Source of the DNA: Strigamia acuminata
Lineage: Eukaryota
DNA: 64,000 bases
Direction of reading: 5' to 3'
NCBI GenBank assembly: GCA_949358305.1
Contig: OX442314.1
Coordinates: 21,390,001-21,454,000, forward strand
The notes under the pieces are model-generated. The model was not told the DNA's origin and did no database searches. It saw nothing but the letters and a program-made list of their open reading frames with translations. Position 1 is the stretch's first letter; the number at the start of each line of letters is the position of its first letter. Made by a program: the position numbers and the translations under genes. Below, in pieces: positions 36,901 through 48,656 of the stretch.

Positions 36901-39900
36901 TTAAGTGTTATTCTTAGCCATTTTTATCAGATTCGATTTTCCAATAAGCAGTTCAAATGTGCCAAAAATTAATGCTATTAAAATTCCAGCCATGATAAAT
37001 ATGAAAGGTCCAATTATTTGACCGAACGAAACAGAATTGATTGGGTTTGCTGGACAGTCTTCAAAGTCAGGAAAATTATGAGTATACTCAACTGACAAGA
37101 TTCCCAATTGCTTCAATAATAGAATTCTAATTAAAGAAAATCATGAATTTTAAGAAAAATAAATTTAAAAAAAACTTTACTTGGAATTGAAATAATCCGC
37201 AAAAACAAATCCCTTCGAATAAGCAAACGCCACATCATCCTTGTTTACATACTGCTTTGCTACAGCAAAACTGCAATTCCCACGAATCGAATGACCAACT
37301 AACACCAATGTTGATACAAATCCAAATTTCCCGCTGTAAGCTGTTTCAATCCCTTCCAATTGACTTGCAACTTTCAAGACATTCGTATTGTTGTATGGAG
37401 GTTCCTAGATTAAAAACAACTACCGGTATGATGTACATTTTTAAACTAATAAATCATTACATACATTGAAAATTTCTTCTGGTTTAGTCCCCTTGAAAAC
37501 CACAGGCAAGAAATCAGATTTCTCAAGCATTTCTCTAAGCGAGGAAAAAGGAACTTCCAATTCCATTGTTGCAAAAAAAGAAGTCAATACAGACGTATAA
37601 CTAATCAATACTACCATTGAAAAAACGATGTAGATCCAAAAGAGGAATTTCATAGAGCTCCAAAAAAGAATTAAATTCCCTAAGTGAAAACAAAAAAACA
37701 TTCCACTAAAGTTAAGCAATAATTGTTCACAAACCCATCATTACCTTGTAAAGCAACAGGCCAAAAAAGCTGCATCTCATTAATAAAAAGTAGGAAATAA
37801 TTCACACATCGTTTCCTGATTGTTACGGCATCTGAGAAAACTTTGACCAGGATAAATATCAAGCTGATTGCAAATACGCACAGCCACATGTCTTTACTGA
37901 ACGGCTGCAAATAGAACCCATAATTCCACTTCCGTTGCTCAAATTTTCTGTATATAATTTCATTTTTCATTGGATAGAATTGAGGTGAGTAATCCACAAC
38001 GTCCCGTCTTTTTCTGGACATGGCAACACCAGGAGCAATTTCTGCAGACTACACAAATTTAAAAATAAATTAATATAATTAATAAAGTTTCCATAGTCCA
38101 ATCGGAAATAAATCACACCCCTCGTGCCAGATCGCCTATCATTCCATTCCAAGTTCCATTGAAAAAAGCTCCATATTGTGCTTCTTTGTTCCGGATTATT
38201 TTAAAGCTAAAATCCGTAATGAGAGCATTAATTTTACCGATATGTACATACGGTATTTACCTCATATTAAAATATGTATTAAAAATGTTGAAAATTTGAC
38301 CAAAGTAACCTCCCATTGTCAGTGATGTATTCAGCACAGATAATTTAACACCATGTGGAAACTTGCAAAAGAGATAAATACTGGTAAATTAATAATTCAT
38401 TCTTTTATACAGACGAGCCTCGTTATAACGAATCACAAGATACACGAAAAATCGGTTCATTATAACAAAAGTTAGTTATATAAAAAAATTATAACATGGT
38501 TAAAGATTCATTTTTCCCGCCCCTTTTTTCCCGGGAATCGGGAAATTTCAATTCAATTTCCCGGGAATTCCCGGGAAATTTAGGGAAATTGACAAAATAA
38601 TGTTTTTTGCAAAAAAAACACAAAAAAGACAAAATAAACACTAAAAAACACTAATAAAAATTTTAAAAGACACATTTTATTCAAAATAAAGTAGAAATGC
38701 TGTTAATTATTCTCTTCCAGATTTAAAAAATAGGCTTTTAAGAAGCATAGTGCATTCAGGAAAACATCACTCATGGGTTGTTCAACAACAACAATAGAGT
38801 CAATTGATTGGTCGTAATCGTCATCGTCCGCATCTACATTATCCGATTCCAGAGCAAACAAATCATTTTCTTCTTCGTCGTCTAAGCCAACTGCAGAACG
38901 TTCTTCCGTTTCCATTTGGTTATTTCTTTTTTAATAAATAACATCCAAAACCGCTAGATGAATTCCATGATTATAACATAATTGGTGCTGATACTCAGAT
39001 TTCACCATCACCGAAGCTCCATCAGTGGTTGATGCTACTACATCCGAACCTTTAATCTCAAATTCGCATAGTTTAGCATTCAAAAGTTCAACGGTTTTTT
39101 CAGCGGTACAGCTTCCAATTATTCGAACTAATCCTAAGTTTATGTGGCGTTGATTGAAATGAATATTCACATTTAGATACTGTCGATTCCTCAGACTAGT
39201 CCATTCATCTAAAGTAACACTAAACTTCCCATTCCCAGTTGTAAACAACTTAATTTTTTTGATAACCATAGACTTTGCCAATCCATAAAATTCATGAACT
39301 AATTTCATGACATTATGTGGATCTTTTGGCAAGCTGAAATCTCGAGCAGTTAGTGAATGTCGAATAAACTCACTTCTACAAATTCCATGTATTGAAAACC
39401 CATCAACAGCAGCAAGCTTAGCAACAATTTCTGCCAAAGATTGACGTTTTGTATACGATAAAATCGATTGTTGCACTTTAGGTTTTTTCGTAATAATACT
39501 ATTGCTAGTGGCGGCGGAAACCACTTCATCTCTGCGCTTACGTAAATTTATATTATGTTTGCTGTCTAGATGTCGTATTAGGCCACTTGTTGATGATCCT
39601 TTACAAGATAAAACTTTGTTTGGACAGATACGGCATTTTGCTGTATCTCCATTACCTTGTTTTACAAAATGATTCCACACATCAGACATGACGGAAAATA
39701 ACGAATGAGAATAAGACGTGTATGCGACGGGAATGCGAAGCGAAAGCGACGACGACGACGAAGAGAAAGCGACGGGAATGCGAAGCGAAAGTGAAACGAT
39801 TGCGACGGAAATGCGGAGCAAATGCGATACGACGACGAAGAGAATGCGACGAGAATGCGAAGCGAAAGCTAAACGGTTGCGACGACGACGAGAATGCGAG

Positions 39901-40690
39901 GCAAATGCGGCGGGAATGTGTATGTGACTAGATTGCATTAGGTTAGGATGGCGGTATTTATATGCGACTTGTGTATACGTCGCATACACGTTGCATTATG
40001 CAACGTGTATGCGGCGTATATTCATGCGCACCATGTGCACCATCTGCGTCGGGAATTCCCGGAAAATTTATTTTAATTTCCCGGGAAATAACAGGATGAA
40101 CCTTTAAAATTTAAATATGGTGTTCTATGGCCAACATATCAAACAAACAATTTTTAACTATTCGTTATAACAAGAAATTAGTTATATTGCAGTTCATTAT
40201 AACGAGGTTATACCTCTTTTATATACAAGTACCTCGACGACTGTTACCCTAATTGGTCTTTGCAAATACAAACTTTCGGTGTAGCTTTGAATAATTCCCA
40301 TCTTTTATGTCACAACATTGCATGAGAACAGCCATTCAAATTAACTACTTTTTACAAAACTTACAGACTGGTTATCACAACACAATTGTAAAAAAAAATT
40401 TCTCCCCTCAATTTTAGCATCAGTAATTCTCAACCATTTGCATCCTAAATATTGAAATTCAATCTGCAATGCAAAAATCGATGTTAAATGATCTTGTAAG
40501 TAATCTATTAAAAAATTCGAAAATTGCCAAGTTAAAACTACTTAGCTCTAACAACATCCTATACCTCGCGATTACCATGCTGGTAGATATCTACTAACAC
40601 GGTTAAAACATTCATAAAATACAAATTAAATATGTTCGAGCAGATTACCCTTGTTTGAAATTAATGTCACACTACTCCTATCACAGTCAA
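36901..40690 (-). CDS. Divergent ionotropic receptor, copy 2 (hAT insertion in an intron; altered C-terminus); 5' end uncertain
   Basis: Exon-by-exon near-identity to copy 1 with the same S1/M1/M3/S2/M4 motifs. Confidence 0.8.
38501..40106 (-). mobile_element. Internally deleted hAT transposon (zf-BED plus partial DDE transposase)
   Basis: TIR TAAAGATTCAT / ATGAACCTTTA with CCCGGGAA subterminal repeats. ORF shows SDVWNHF..CRIC..HLDSKH (BED), SVTLDEWTS, TTDGASVM and CYNHGIHLAV. Flanks AACATGGT / AATATGGT (the latter offset by 7 nt). Confidence 0.9.
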
Positions 40691-42157
40691 TTCTGCTGGT
40701 TTTATAACCATTGCAACACACTAAAAAATATAATTCAGCATTTTAACATCATTTTCATCCATACACATATTTTAACTTACAGAAATGAAGTAAGATATTT
40801 ATGAGAGCAAGACGATTCATTTTATCAGCAACACCTCTGACACATGAAGTCTTATGACCAACTCAAAATCACTAATTCGTTTGAGAAGCGTATATAAAAA
40901 AATACAGCACAATTTCTAAATTCTCTTCTCACGAAAATAAATTTCAAAAACAAGATTAAACATGAATTATGTGGCGCGACACGTAAGTAATATACAGAAA
41001 AGCTTTAAGGAGCAAGGAATAAAATTCAGCACACTTACTTGACCTGAGACCTGCAGTTTACTGCACAAGTAATTATTAACGTAAAATACTTTTGAAAAAT
41101 GTTATATTCTTTTTAGAATGAACATTTTATACCTTTTTGTGATAACATTGATTGATAACCATGACAACAGTAATTAGTAATTGATCAGAACCAACAGACC
41201 AACCATCCATCGCGGTAAAGAATGGTGCAACATGTAACCATAGTGTAAGACACTATGATGTAACTATTATTCATATGCGCAACATCGCATTAATCAACGA
41301 AACCAGTCAATATATTGACTTACCGGGATGTCAGATGTGTATATAGAGAGACAGAGGTGGTCGTGTGTCCAGTGTCCACATGTCATTAAGTTTGTGCCCT
41401 CAAAAAAAAGAACAGACCAACTAACTGTCCGACTGCAAACAGTGTGCATAACCACGACATCACGTATAAGAATGTCGTGCTTGTTATAGAGTCCCACAGT
41501 GACCATGTCATGGACACCGAGTGAAATGAGAGGCGGATGGCTAGATGCCCATACTGTAGGGAGATGTGCAGACAACACTGCGCATCTTTATGTAGGAAAA
41601 TTTTGAGAATTTTGGAAAATTGGGTAAATAATTAAAGTAATAGCGCGCCTTTTCTGTACTAGACACAAATAGTATGAACTGTATTACCAAAAATTAAAAC
41701 AAAAATTGAACTCATTGTTTAAGCTTATAAATGATCCAAATTATTTGAGCAAACGAGACGGGATTGAATTGCTTTTCTTCCATCTAGATCATAAATGACG
41801 AGTGATTATTGCGCTGAAGTGATTATCACGTGACCTACGCGGTCCAACACATGACACATGAATAATCACTTCAGCGCTTCAGCGCTTATTTATAATCATC
41901 TAAAAAGGAGTTTTCAGTGCTGAAGAATGCTTCAACTAAGGAAAAGAGAGTCGGTTGTAAATTATTAAACAAATAAAAATAAATAATTAATTTAATTTTA
42001 AAAAAATTAACAAAAAAATAAAATATAAATAAAAAATAAATAAATGTCATGTGACATGCAGAATAATCACTTGGACCTGGTGTGGGTTCTCAATAATGCA
42101 GTGATTGTAATTATTGGAACAATCACTTCAGCGCCTTCAGCATGTCATTTTTTAAAC

Positions 42158-42840
42158 AAAGTTACAGAACAAATTTCCAAACAATCTAACAATTAGTTCT
42201 AAGGTTATGTGCATTTTTGTCACAATTTTGGCTGTTACGTAATTATAAGGACAGTTATAAACAAATGGAAATAAGTTTGATTAATATTTGGTAGAACCAC
42301 TTTGGGCCTGAGTTACATTAAATATTCTGTCTGGCATTGTTTTGACCATAATATTTCTTTTTTGGTCAATACATTGGCCACAGCAGTTTTAAAACGTTGT
42401 ATAATTCTTCCAATTTCCTTATAGGATTTTCTAGCACCATGCAGTTTACAGATTTTCCGCATTTGAAGTTCAGTAAGTTCAAAATTGCGTGGCATGATCG
42501 TTAACTAAATTAAACAAACAAACAGTTATTTTTAACTATTAACAACATCAATATGATATCATGGAATGTTCCATCATAAGTTATAAATATCCACAGATAG
42601 AAATTCGGTGTCTAAAGTGAAAAACTATAGACTGTCCTTATACTTATGTAACAGCTAAAATTGTGACTAACTCACAAAAACGCACATAACTTTAGAACTA
42701 ATTGTCAGATTGTTGTGAAATTTATTGGGTAACTTTCTTTTAACCTCCTTTATGAATTTGTAAAATATAAATATTCGTGTCTGATAAAAATTAAATTATT
42801 AAAAAAAAGGTGGCTGTCCTTATAATTTTGTAACAGACTG
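42158..42840 (-). mobile_element. Tc1/Tc3-like deletion derivative
   Basis: Long imperfect inverted repeats (~42158-42255 vs ~42630-42740), terminal ..GTAACAGACTG-TA, and an HTH-like peptide MPRNFELTELQMRKICKLHGARKSYKEIGRII (42313-42495). Confidence 0.6.
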
Positions 42841-43057
42841 TATTGCCATAGTTTAATGTAAACTCTAAAAAATACAAAAATTTATTTATTTATATTTCTG
42901 CCATTACACGTCACTATTTAATCAATATAAAAAATATCCGATTAAATTATTGCAAAATGACGCCGATTTAATATTAAAACAAATCTAAACCTGAGATATC
43001 ACGTGATTAACATTCCCTTTTATCATATCCATAACACTGGTAAACCAGACCAGAGAA

Positions 43058-43285
43058 TTGGAACTTATGTTTGCTTTATTTCCATTCGTGGAAGTGGGAC
43101 TGTTTGGCATCTGCTTGCTGCTCACGAGCCGGAATTATGTTTACCCCTTCGAAAGCCATTCCATATCCACAAGTCACGACCGTGCAAAGCGATGTTTGCC
43201 AGATTCAATCGCCATCTTTACAATCAACGAACGACCCACCACCTGCGTACAATCTGCTATTTCCCCCACAAACACGAAACCCTGA
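43058..43285 (+). pseudogene. Frameshifted paralog of the 24951 (MELMF) gene
   Basis: ATG>TTG at the start; the TM frame and the PPPAYNLLFPP frame differ. Confidence 0.75.
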
Positions 43286-43490
43286 AGAACGCACCTTCCG
43301 ACACAAACATCTTTCCGAGAAAGACACTCCACGTCCACAAATGCCAAAGTCCTGCTACCAGATAAGTCAACACAATGGGCCAGTCAAATCTAAAAAGTGA
43401 CGTCATTCATAAATCATATCTACTTAAACCGTTTCTGTATCATCGGTTAGCAGCGTTTGATTTTGCACAGAAATTTATTCTCACCCAAAA

Positions 43491-43754
43491 ATGGATGTAT
43501 TCATCATAGCTTTACTATCGTGGCTTGGCATTATGGCGGCGTGCGTAGTCATTTCGTGCATCGCGTGTTGTTCAAGACAAAATTCGCCATCACGTCCAGT
43601 GATTTACACTCATCCTGTGAATTATACTCATCGTCCACCCAGCGATGTCCCAGTATACGTATGCCGTATTCCCCAGCCTTCCTTCCAAGTACACACGAAT
43701 CCACGTCAAGACGCAACTCCTCCTGCATACAGTGAACTATTTCCAGCAACATAA
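43491..43754 (+). CDS. Single-TM PY microprotein ('MDV' subfamily, intact)
   Basis: MDVFIIALLSWLGIMAACVVISCIACCSR ... PPAYSELFPAT. Confidence 0.85.
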   Translation: MDVFIIALLSWLGIMAACVVISCIACCSRQNSPSRPVIYTHPVNYTHRPPSDVPVYVCRIPQPSFQVHTNPRQDATPPAYSELFPAT

Positions 43755-44249
43755 CCCGAAGAAGAAAAAAAAAACAATGAATAGAAATTCAATCCGAAAA
43801 AAATTAACAAAAATGTCTACAAATAGATAAAATGAATGTTTTATTCTTCCAATGTGATATTCTGTTGTAATCAAAACCAGTGTTCTATTTTTTTTTTTTT
43901 AAAAAGTCCTTGGCAAACTGCTCCCAACCTTTTTTATTTTATTTATAAAAACCTAATTATCTCCTGAACTTGTTCCAAAACAACTTCTCATTTCAAACAA
44001 CAGTTTAATAGATTGAACTGCAGTATATCTATCTATCTATCGCAATCTACCTTATCATTACCAAACTACAGCAACATCACGTATTTACGAACTATGTTTG
44101 CTCAGAATAGTCTTCAAAGGATCGCTTAACCTTGGATTTAATAATAACTCTTTTAGTTTAAAATAAAAAGGTAAGATACAAACTTAACTTTTTCATCGAT
44201 TTCCAACCAATTAAGGTTACCAGTTTTTGCCAGAATTTGTTTTTCTACA

Positions 44250-44507
44250 ATGACGAATGAAGTTAGACTGTTTGTCACGGTTGCAATTCCAGTAATCGGA
44301 ACAGCGGTTGCATTTATGTGTCTAGGACTAATCATCTGGTGTTATTCTTTCGTACGACAAAAAATGAGGACCCGCAACTACAGCAGGAGTCCAAATTTCA
44401 ATTCTAATTCAACGCTCAACGTGTGCTGTCTCCAAAATTACAACCCACCGCCATACGAACCTGAAGCACCTCCGCCGGACTATTTTGAACTGTTTCCAGA
44501 CAAATAA
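44250..44507 (+). CDS. Single-TM PY microprotein (MTDEV subfamily)
   Basis: MTNEVRLFVTVAIPVIG ... PPPYEPEAPPPDYFELFPDK. Confidence 0.85.
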   Translation: MTNEVRLFVTVAIPVIGTAVAFMCLGLIIWCYSFVRQKMRTRNYSRSPNFNSNSTLNVCCLQNYNPPPYEPEAPPPDYFELFPDK

Positions 44508-46033
44508 GAAGATTTGTGATAACCATCCGTTGCCTTTGATATACTCGTCTCGAAATTTATTTTTGTAATTCATATACTAATATTAAAAACTCGATGATTG
44601 TAAATAATTATTTCTGATTTAGTGTCTGACATGTGATAACGGGCTTAGATCAAAATTCCCACCAGATTGTCAATTGCACCACAAAATGTTTGCGCATTGT
44701 ACGTCATATGTGAGATAAGCGCAATGTGTACACTGTACAGCTTACAAATGTTTGGGTTTACAGACTTAAATGAAATAAATGACTTATTATTGAATGCTCC
44801 TTAACGAAATATTATTATACACACAGCTGAGACTGCAAATTACGTCGTTGTTGCACGAGGTAAACTAGAGAAAATAAAGTGACACGACCCATTGTTGTGT
44901 CATTAATGATTTGTAAGTTTCTGGGATTGGTTGTGCTGCTGTTGCTCGGGAAAGGCCCTCCTCAAACCTCCGTGAATAGATGGAAGAAAAAGTTCTAACT
45001 TCTCGCACCAGATAGCAGTCAAATTCACTAACTTCTTAACAACAGTAAGAAATTTGTTCTGTATAGAGTATTTCTTGTATTTCACTTTAAGCTCCCTCTG
45101 TCCGTACTATCGTGCAACAATAAATAAACCTTCTCACGAGAAAGCTTTGAAAAAGATGAAATAAGTTTTACTGTGTAGCAATTTTTAAGAATAAGAATAC
45201 TACAAGATTTTTAAATTGCGTTTTCTCATTTCAACGACAAAACATGTTTAATTGCCATTTAAAATTCCAATTTTGATAATAAAATGAAGCAAATTTATGA
45301 TTATACTAAATCCAATACATTTTTTTCTTGAATTTCGACCCCAGTCATATAATGTAAACACCTGTGCATGTGTAAAGTGCTGTACGGGGCATGAACCATA
45401 AACGAAAATGATGCATTCCTGAGTTTTATAGTAAATTTTAATACTTCTTGCTTTAGGGAGAAGTTACATGAGCTAAATTTCGTTTGTTTAGGAATTGAAA
45501 TAGATCGAAAGCCATTTATGAGTAATTAAAGTTCAAATTTCATTTAGTCACACACCAACATGTCTACCAGAAAAATAACATATACACACACGGTTTTCCG
45601 GATAACTAAAATTCATTTTTTTACTTATCTGGAAAACTGTGTCCATATAAACGTAGTGATTGTGATAACAACTTAAAGCGCTTTAACCGTTGATTATTCC
45701 AACTCCTGACACATCCACTAGTGTCACCGTGTGAGGTTCAAATCATACGACTAAGCGCAAACACACCAAACTCTTCTGCATCTCGCAGGTTAGTATTATT
45801 TGAATCGAACACTTTCGGTTCGTTATCTCAGACAGCACGAAACATAATCCACCAACAATTTGTTTCTTATCAAACCCGTGCGTAGGTGTCAAGGCAAAAC
45901 ATGGAGCCCACTAACTAAACTGAATACCATTACCATATTATTACCATTTACAGGTCAATATAACATTTGTACGCGTGATAATTATAACTACAGCTATATT
46001 TTACTTTTTACAGAGAGCAACATTAGACACACG

Positions 46034-46306
46034 ATGCATTTTTACTTGCAAGAGGAACAAATCACTTTTTTCGTGATTGTGGCATGTGTACTAGTGCTTG
46101 TCTGCTGTTTGGGAGCAACAATAGTATCCTGTTGTTGTAAGGACTCTAATTCAAATCCTACAGGAGATGTAGCACCTGTTGTCGACACTCGAGAAAATGT
46201 TTTGGTGCGATCGGATTCTCAGGAACCACTCGCAGCTAACGAACACTTAACTGGTGACAGTCCACCGCCATCTTACGATAGTTTATTTCCAACCAAGTTG
46301 CGATGA
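46034..46306 (+). CDS. Single-TM PY microprotein
   Basis: MHFYLQEEQITFFVIVACVLVLVCCLGATIVSCCCK ... PPPSYDSLFP, after acceptor ttacag. Confidence 0.85.
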   Translation: MHFYLQEEQITFFVIVACVLVLVCCLGATIVSCCCKDSNSNPTGDVAPVVDTRENVLVRSDSQEPLAANEHLTGDSPPPSYDSLFPTKLR

Positions 46307-47052
46307 CGTTGGAATATTTATCAGCTGACATTTGTATTGTGATAAGGACATAAGAGAAAAAAAAGAAGTTACTGATAAATAAAATACAAAATTTTAAAAA
46401 TGTAAAAATCTGAACATACATAATACATAAATAATTAAAAGTAAAATGTAAAAGTAAAAAAAATGTCTCTTTTTTATTATAAATTTTCATGCAATACCTG
46501 GTTCAATTTACGATAAAATTTCAAAATTGAGTACTGTATTCCGTATTATTTTTGTGAATGGCCAAATAATAGGTCGGAGATTCGGGAAGATTTGGCAAGA
46601 TTCACAAACATTTGGTACCATTTTTTTTCTCCAAAATTATACATTATTTTTCCAAATATTTTTATAAAACAAAAAAAAAGATTAAAATAATAACAAATGT
46701 GTTTTATTTCCCTTGAACACATGAAAGCCTATCTGGAGCGAGAAAACTCAAGTGAAAAAGATCAGAATCTTTTTGGGATTCAGAAGGTTCTGTTCGGGAG
46801 ATTCAGAAATAATCTCATGCAAATCAGCCCGGGATATTACGCGATATTGCGGGATCATAGCCATTTCTGAGATTCGGGATTCCACAATTATGAAGATTCA
46901 GAGGCATTCAGAGAGATTCAAATTCCCGTGAGAAAGATTCCGGCGATTGTCATACCCTTCGCAAATAAAACGTAACGTGATATCACCTATCATCTCATCT
47001 CTGCTGTTCTTGCAATAAATGACATCTGGAATTTTCTATTTCGATAAAAGAA

Positions 47053-47460
47053 ATGACTAACTTTTCAATATGGTTTATAGCGTGCATCATAGTGGGTTAG
47101 TTTCAAAGGGTGAGTTACAAACTATGACTAAAATACATAGAACAAAATAATTCTTATGATATATTAGAAAATATATATATATATATACCGTATATTAAAA
47201 ATTAGATTCACACTCTCGACCTTTCGGAAAAGTTACTGGACCAGTTGATACTGGTTTCAGGAAGAACAGTTATTTTAATGCTTGGCAAATTGTAAAGAAA
47301 ACTAACAACATGATCCAACCTATGTAAGGTAACTTTTAAGAAATGTAGAAATAAATATAAAGTGGCAAACAATCGATTATTAATAATAATTCCTAACGTT
47401 TTTAAATTTCGTTTCATGCAGAAGAAACTTCCGTATTTACCGATACTACCAACCAGGTAT
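47053..47460 (+). pseudogene. 5' fragment of the MAM-domain gene (duplicate of 58197-58590), truncated
   Basis: Signal-peptide exon, exon 2 and the start of exon 3 match 58197-58592; similarity ends abruptly at ~47460. Confidence 0.7.
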
Positions 47461-48234
47461 GGCAGATAATCCCCTCGCTCAATCTGCACAAATTTTAGAA
47501 AGGTTTTCTTGGAATTGTAAAAATGAAGAGAAAGAAAAGCGAGCATACAATGTCCGGTCAAAGTTTCGGATCCTCAGGACTGTCATCGATGATTAAACTA
47601 CATGGAAAGCGATGCAAAACCAAGCTTGGAAGGGACCTCTAATGGCAAGGTGTCCAGATCGAGCAGAGCACTTTAACAACGCACGCAAAAAACACAAAAA
47701 TGAGAACGCAATCGATAATAGTTTCTTCCTGCTCCCCAGGTGTGTCAAAGGCATAAGAATCACAAAAAACAAAGAGCAACAAAGGAAAGGGTCTCCAAAC
47801 TAAGATGCAAGTAAAGCTGAGTAGACTAACGTTTGGAAATGGCATTTGATGTTGTTTACCTTTTAGACAGGATTCACAAACTCTGATCGAGTTCGGTCCT
47901 CAACTTGAGACATTTAAACCGTTGATCATGTTGCGCAAAGACTTCATTCCACCATCACTTAAATGTCCAAGTCTTAGGTGCCGAAGTTCATTGTTTATGT
48001 CGCTCGAAGAGGTTGCACATTTCAAGGTTCGTCCGCTCTTGCCCGTCGTAACGATGTCCAGTTGATATAACTAGTCGTAGTCATGCAAGGTGGCCAACAT
48101 TAAATCACCATTCTTCCTAATCTCGCATTGTCCTCTACGAAATCAAATGTCCATGCCATTTTTTTCAAGTTGTCTAACTGATAATAAATTTGCATCCAAT
48201 CCAGGTACAAAGTACACTTCTCTGAATTCCACTA

Positions 48235-48606
48235 CCGTATACCCTCGGGTATAAGCCGAGCAATTTATTGCAAAAACCTTGCCACTAATTGGGGGAGTCG
48301 GCTTATATGCGCGTGTCCAAAAAAAAAAAATGTAACGTAGCACTTACGTTACTTTTTTTTTTTTCGTAATATTTTGTATTGACCAACCGTCCAACAATCA
48401 GTCAATTTCAACAATTTTTGACTAAATTGTAGTCAACTTTATCAATTTTCGACTAAATTGTAGTCAATTTCATCAATTTTCGACTAAATTTCACAACATT
48501 TTGACGTACTCGGCTTATACGCGCATACACCATTTATTAGCAAAATGGTGCCTCAGAATGGGGGGTCGGCTTATACACGGGTCGGCTTATACCCGAGGTT
48601 ACACGG
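48235..48606. mobile_element. 372-bp Tc1/pogo-like MITE
   Basis: TIR CCGTATACCCTCGGGTATAAGCCGA / TCGGCTTATACCCGAGGTTACACGG, TA TSD, internal ~32-bp tandem repeat. Confidence 0.85.
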
Positions 48607-48656
48607 TATTTATGGTTTTGCATTAAACACTACAGTTAATTTGACAGTCCCTGTGT

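Noticed and set aside
39718..39931. Repetitive ORFs rich in R/E/D
   Set aside because: Low-complexity GCGA/GACGA repeats in the hAT 5' region; the transposase probably starts at MSDVWNHF.
47460..47830. Possible inverted Copia gag N-terminal fragment on the + strand
   Set aside because: Only faint motif resemblance across frameshifts; cannot be supported without an alignment.
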